The notes below the pieces were generated by a model, which had not been told where the DNA came from, did not search any database, and worked only from the letters and a program-made list of their open reading frames with translations. A stretch of 55,501 nt of DNA, taken from contig JAMCTH010000012.1 in NCBI GenBank assembly GCA_023379025.1, positions 1-55,501 of the forward strand, in the 5' to 3' direction. Positions within the stretch are counted from its first letter, which is position 1. Every line of letters starts with the position of its first letter. Source of the DNA: Patescibacteria group bacterium (GTDB lineage Bacteria; Patescibacteriota; Microgenomatia; UBA10105; UBA927). Both the position numbers and the translations under genes were made by a program. This document shows, one piece after another, positions 53,007 to 55,501 of this stretch.

Positions 53007-54418
53007 CCCTGCAACCGGTAAAAAGCTGCACCGGGATTATGTATGGACGGATCAGAAATCTTCCGGTAGCCGGATAGCACCTCAGGAAATCCATTCATGG
53101 TTTTCAGTCTTCCGTTCCAGGCAACGATCAGTGCAGGTTTTTCCGATTGTATGATCCCGGCAAACCTTTGGGAGGTCATGTTGCCGGATGCTATACGTAC
53201 ATAGGACAGGTCGGAAAGTTCCGGCGGAGGAAGCCGCCCGGACAGGGCAGAAAAAATCGCTTCATCACTCACGACACCGTCTCCCGGCTTTGTCGACCGC
53301 AGGATAAACGCGACCCCTTCCTGACGCTCCGGATCCAGAAGCGCCGACCCTGCTGAAGTTCTGACCAACTGCATCCGTACGCCGATTGCGGCGACGAGAA
53401 GAAGGATCGTGAATGGCGCAATCAATTCACGGCGGCGTTCCATAGAAAGCACGATAACATATGCCGTCGCCACGACGACCGGTACGGCCAGAATAGCGAG
53501 GTGATGGGGGAAAAACGGACGGTACAGCGAAAAAAACAGGAGTGATGACCCTGCCCAAAATATGAGCACCTGTCCCATATCCTTCAGCCGGTTTCTCACG
53601 GACCAAACCAGAACTGCACCGATAAGAAGTACCACGGAAAGCATCCGTTCGGTGCTCAAAAGGGATACCAGGCTTGCCGCCCCCGCAGCGACGCCTTCGG
53701 ACTGCATCCGATACCATACCGTATTGGAAAACACATTGCCGACGCCAAAGGGGATGGCCAAAACACCGGACACTGCGGCAACCACGCCGGAACAAACACG
53801 ATAAGCTCGGCCGAGCCGCTCTCGCCGGTGAGCCATATTGCCCGTACCGGCGCCTCCGGCGAGATAGATACCGAGGAGGAGCGGTGGCAGAAACGTCACA
53901 TCAAATTTTGTCCAGAATGCTACCGCATAGGCAACCGCTGTAGCAGCAAACCACAGAAGCTGTCCGGTGCGGAGGAATCGGAAAAGAGCGCCGAGAGACA
54001 GGAGCGTAAACGTCGTCACTATCGCATCGGACTGGAGTACAAGCGTTTGCCCGTAATAGTGGGGGATAAGGTAGAGAAGTGCGCTGGCAAGCGGGGCAAA
54101 CCATCGTTTCCCGAGCTCTTTGCCGATCCAGAACAGCGCACCTATCCCCACAAGCGACCATGCGGCAACCCCCAGGCGGAAGGTCTCAAGGTGGTTACCG
54201 GACAGAGAGACCAGGGGATAAAGCGACAGAAGAAATCCCGGCGGCTGGGAAAAAAACGTTTCGGCATACGCGGGAAAACCTTTCCGGATCAGAAGAAACG
54301 ACGTCAGATATATGCCTTCGTCATTGTCCGTTACCGGGTGCCCCGCAAGTGCTACATCGCTCCACGCGAGGAACAAAAACAAGCTTCCGATGAGTCCGAA
54401 CACAATTAGTCGTTTCAT
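53003..54418 (-). CDS. GT-C fold glycosyltransferase (ArnT/PMT, family 39-like)
   Basis: DEG.Y...Y..F..QPP loop after TM1; many TM helices. Confidence 0.8.
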   Translation of the reverse strand: MKRLIVFGLIGSLFLFLAWSDVALAGHPVTDNDEGIYLTSFLLIRKGFPAYAETFFSQPPGFLLSLYPLVSLSGNHLETFRLGVAAWSLVGIGALFWIGKELGKRWFAPLASALLYLIPHYYGQTLVLQSDAIVTTFTLLSLGALFRFLRTGQLLWFAATAVAYAVAFWTKFDVTFLPPLLLGIYLAGGAGTGNMAHRRERLGRAYRVCSGVVAAVSGVLAIPFGVGNVFSNTVWYRMQSEGVAAGAASLVSLLSTERMLSVVLLIGAVLVWSVRNRLKDMGQVLIFWAGSSLLFFSLYRPFFPHHLAILAVPVVVATAYVIVLSMERRRELIAPFTILLLVAAIGVRMQLVRTSAGSALLDPERQEGVAFILRSTKPGDGVVSDEAIFSALSGRLPPPELSDLSYVRIASGNMTSQRFAGIIQSEKPALIVAWNGRLKTMNGFPEVLSGYRKISDPSIHNPGAAFYRLQG

Positions 54419-54463
54419 GTACGCTTCGTTTCCTCTACACTATTCTAGTATGTCAAGCCATCT

Positions 54464-55414
54464 ATGAGAAATCCGGTATTCGACGTTCTCCGGTTCCTGC
54501 TGATCATCCCGATCGTCAGCCTTCATATGCGGATCATCATGGGCGCTTCATCCGGCAATCCCCTTGAGCCGGTCGCCTGGTACACCGTACCCGTATTTAT
54601 CATCCTCTCCTTCTATTTCCGCCGGAAAAAACCGCTCGCCGTACGTCTACAGCGCCTTATCATACCGTTTCTCTTCTGGTCAGCCGTTGGCTTCCTCATC
54701 TCTCCCCGGCTCGTCTCGGTGAGAAACGGCATACTCCAGCTGACCACCGGGCAGATCGTCGACACACCGCTCTATTATCTCCTCATCCTTGCTTCCTTTA
54801 CCCTCATCGCAAAATTCATGGATATGCTGCCCCGGCTCCTCACGGTTTTGCTGTACGCCGGCATCGTGCTTGGTGCCTTTACCCTCGAGTACAGCGGCCT
54901 CAATGCCCGTGTGTTCTCTCCCAAGCTGCCCGCTGTTGCCAGGACTTACGGACGCTTTGCCGAGCTTATCGTGTTTGTTCCGGCCGGGCTTGCCTTTTCC
55001 TGGCTTGCCGGGCGGAGCTTATCCCGGCTCTGGCTCATGCTCGTCCCGCTCGCGTTTCTCATACTCTCCGCTCTTGCAGCTATCATCCTGCCGGGCACTT
55101 CCGGGTTCCATTTCGGCGGCCTGCCGGTTGCTTTCGGTGCGTCAGCAATTTTTTCGGTTTTCCTCTTCCTCTCGGATATGAAGCTTCCCAACCGCGTCTC
55201 GGCAGCATTTCTTTTCCTCGGCAAGTATACATTCGGCGTATACCTTACCCACTATCTTATTATCCTCTCGGTCGTGACCCTCATTCCACAGGCGATACCA
55301 TTCATATCCGGGCACTACGCCGTGTCTCTTCTCCTGTTTCTGTTCCTCTCCTATACGTTTGCAGCCGCCCTGGACCGCGGCACCATGGGGCATGCAGCGA
55401 AGCTTGTCAGCTAA
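54464..55414 (+). CDS. acyltransferase family 3 membrane protein
   Basis: FD.LR....V..H, VP.F..LS, RL..P...W, LG..TFGVYL.H. Confidence 0.85.
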   Translation: MRNPVFDVLRFLLIIPIVSLHMRIIMGASSGNPLEPVAWYTVPVFIILSFYFRRKKPLAVRLQRLIIPFLFWSAVGFLISPRLVSVRNGILQLTTGQIVDTPLYYLLILASFTLIAKFMDMLPRLLTVLLYAGIVLGAFTLEYSGLNARVFSPKLPAVARTYGRFAELIVFVPAGLAFSWLAGRSLSRLWLMLVPLAFLILSALAAIILPGTSGFHFGGLPVAFGASAIFSVFLFLSDMKLPNRVSAAFLFLGKYTFGVYLTHYLIILSVVTLIPQAIPFISGHYAVSLLLFLFLSYTFAAALDRGTMGHAAKLVS

Positions 55415-55501
55415 ACATCACGTACGGCCGGTGTGATCCCCGATGCGGTCGCTACGCACAATTCTGCGCCCCATCAACCCGCCGGGTTACTTACGTTCAA
55501 A

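Noticed and set aside
1-55501. CRISPR array, rRNA genes, IS transposase
   Set aside because: No regularly spaced repeats, rRNA-like stretches or transposase motifs seen

Overview
Bacterial chromosomal window, standard genetic code. Gene content suggests Patescibacteria/CPR, Microgenomates-like; this is inferred, not established. Bases 1-33 kb are a GC-rich core: SAM-I riboswitch + small ORF + metK-rarA, holA, a sugar-phosphate/gluconeogenesis cluster (PMM/PGM, PGI/PMI, ppsA, eno, gpmI, FBP aldolase/phosphatase, acsA), lexA divergent from uvrB-uvrA-(transglutaminase-like)-uvrC, yvcK, secG, and a membrane-sensor-fused otsA with otsB. Bases 33-38.5 kb form a mostly AT-rich island: PD-(D/E)XK-like gene, TerS-like gene, two divergent structured switch-like leader RNAs, and a large serine recombinase whose stop codon lies inside tRNA-Leu. 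Bases 38.5-50.2 kb are a tRNA-rich hotspot with 11 intact tRNA genes and interspersed cargo (HTH-PIN pair, HNH, serine hydrolase, frameshifted NYN). Most striking: (1) an intact tRNA-Pro nested inside the anticodon loops of two successive degenerate tRNA shells joined by similar linkers (45092-45438); (2) a 54-nt att-like palindromic trailer, identical at 53/54 positions, behind two different, inverted tRNA-Gly genes 8.5 kb apart; (3) the pair of divergent attenuator-like RNAs in the island. All calls are by eye; no searches were run.
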